Shown here: positions 63,603-64,000 of the stretch, in pieces
How the letters are laid out: each line of letters starts with the position of its first letter
Position numbering within the stretch: the stretch's first letter is position 1
From: an uncultured Spirochaetota bacterium
GTDB lineage: Bacteria > Spirochaetota > Spirochaetia > SZUA-6 > Fen-1364
Assembly (NCBI GenBank): GCA_963781885.1
Contig: CAWAHW010000005.1
Coordinates: 224,001-288,000, forward strand
Direction: 5' to 3'
DNA length: 64,000 bases
Translations under genes and position numbers: made by a program
Notes under the pieces: model-generated
The model's input: only the letters and a program-made list of their open reading frames with translations
What the model was told of the DNA's origin: nothing
Databases searched by the model: none

Positions 63603-64000
63603 TCCCGACTGCCTGGAAAGGCTGATCAGGGTTCTCTCCGAAGGCGGGGTCGCGATCGCACCGGGAGACACGATGTACGGGCTGATCGGCGTGGCACCCG
63701 GCACGGAGGATCGCATCCGTCGCATCAAGGGGCGCGGCGAAGACAAGCCCTTTCTCCAGCTCATTGCCGATCCTGCGTGGACCGCCCGTTTCTCCGATTT
63801 TCAGCTTCCGGGCAAGATTGCCCGGCACTGGCCGGGTCCGCTCACCGTCGTGGTACCCGACCGGGCGGGTGGGACGTTGGCGGTGAGGATGCCGGATTCG
63901 GACTTCCTGCTCCGCGTCCTCAAGGGCGTTCAACGGCCGCTCTATTCCACCAGCGTGAACCGGGCCGGATCCCCTCCGCTTCAAACGGTCGCGCAGATGC
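63583..64000 (+). CDS. tsaC: L-threonylcarbamoyladenylate synthase (Sua5/YrdC), runs off window end
   Basis: TTG after AGGAGG; PGDTMYGL, IKGR..DKP, WPGPLT, AVRMP, STSVN (my own translation; not in the ORF track). Confidence 0.88.
   Translation, partial: MVITTDSPDCLERLIRVLSEGGVAIAPGDTMYGLIGVAPGTEDRIRRIKGRGEDKPFLQLIADPAWTARFSDFQLPGKIARHWPGPLTVVVPDRAGGTLAVRMPDSDFLLRVLKGVQRPLYSTSVNRAGSPPLQTVAQM

Overview
High-GC chromosomal housekeeping region, most consistent with a Spirochaetota (Spirochaetia-like) genome. The assignment rests on gene order (prfB-PEGA-ftsY-hyp-lolE/D/C; DUF212-rnfCDEA-GH57) and on protein types I associate with spirochaetes. It holds about 50 CDS: Mla-type ABC parts, a reduced Rnf cluster, prfB with its programmed frameshift, cheY, ftsY, Lol, mcsA-mcsB-clpC, a LeuA-like synthase, efp-epmA, an M16C protease, rnz, a panE/M20/Liv-ABC/P1-peptidase/panB block, a Gld-like ABC, two DUF115/Maf genes, ftsB and tsaC. 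About a dozen single-base frameshifts in conserved genes are probably long-read consensus errors. I found no rRNA, tRNA, transposase or canonical CRISPR array. The most unusual spot is 14626-15240. Three identical 53-bp repeats there each carry two CANGGANG motifs (the CsrA/RsmA consensus), mostly as hairpin loops, and a 16-codon mini-ORF. They sit directly upstream of a solo Cas2-like gene that heads the prfB-cheY operon. Also notable are an Rnf cluster that lacks G/B and most cofactor ligands, an McsB without its catalytic Cys, a possible pantetheine/pantothenate salvage cluster, and several apparently leaderless genes. All family calls are by motif recognition, not database search.
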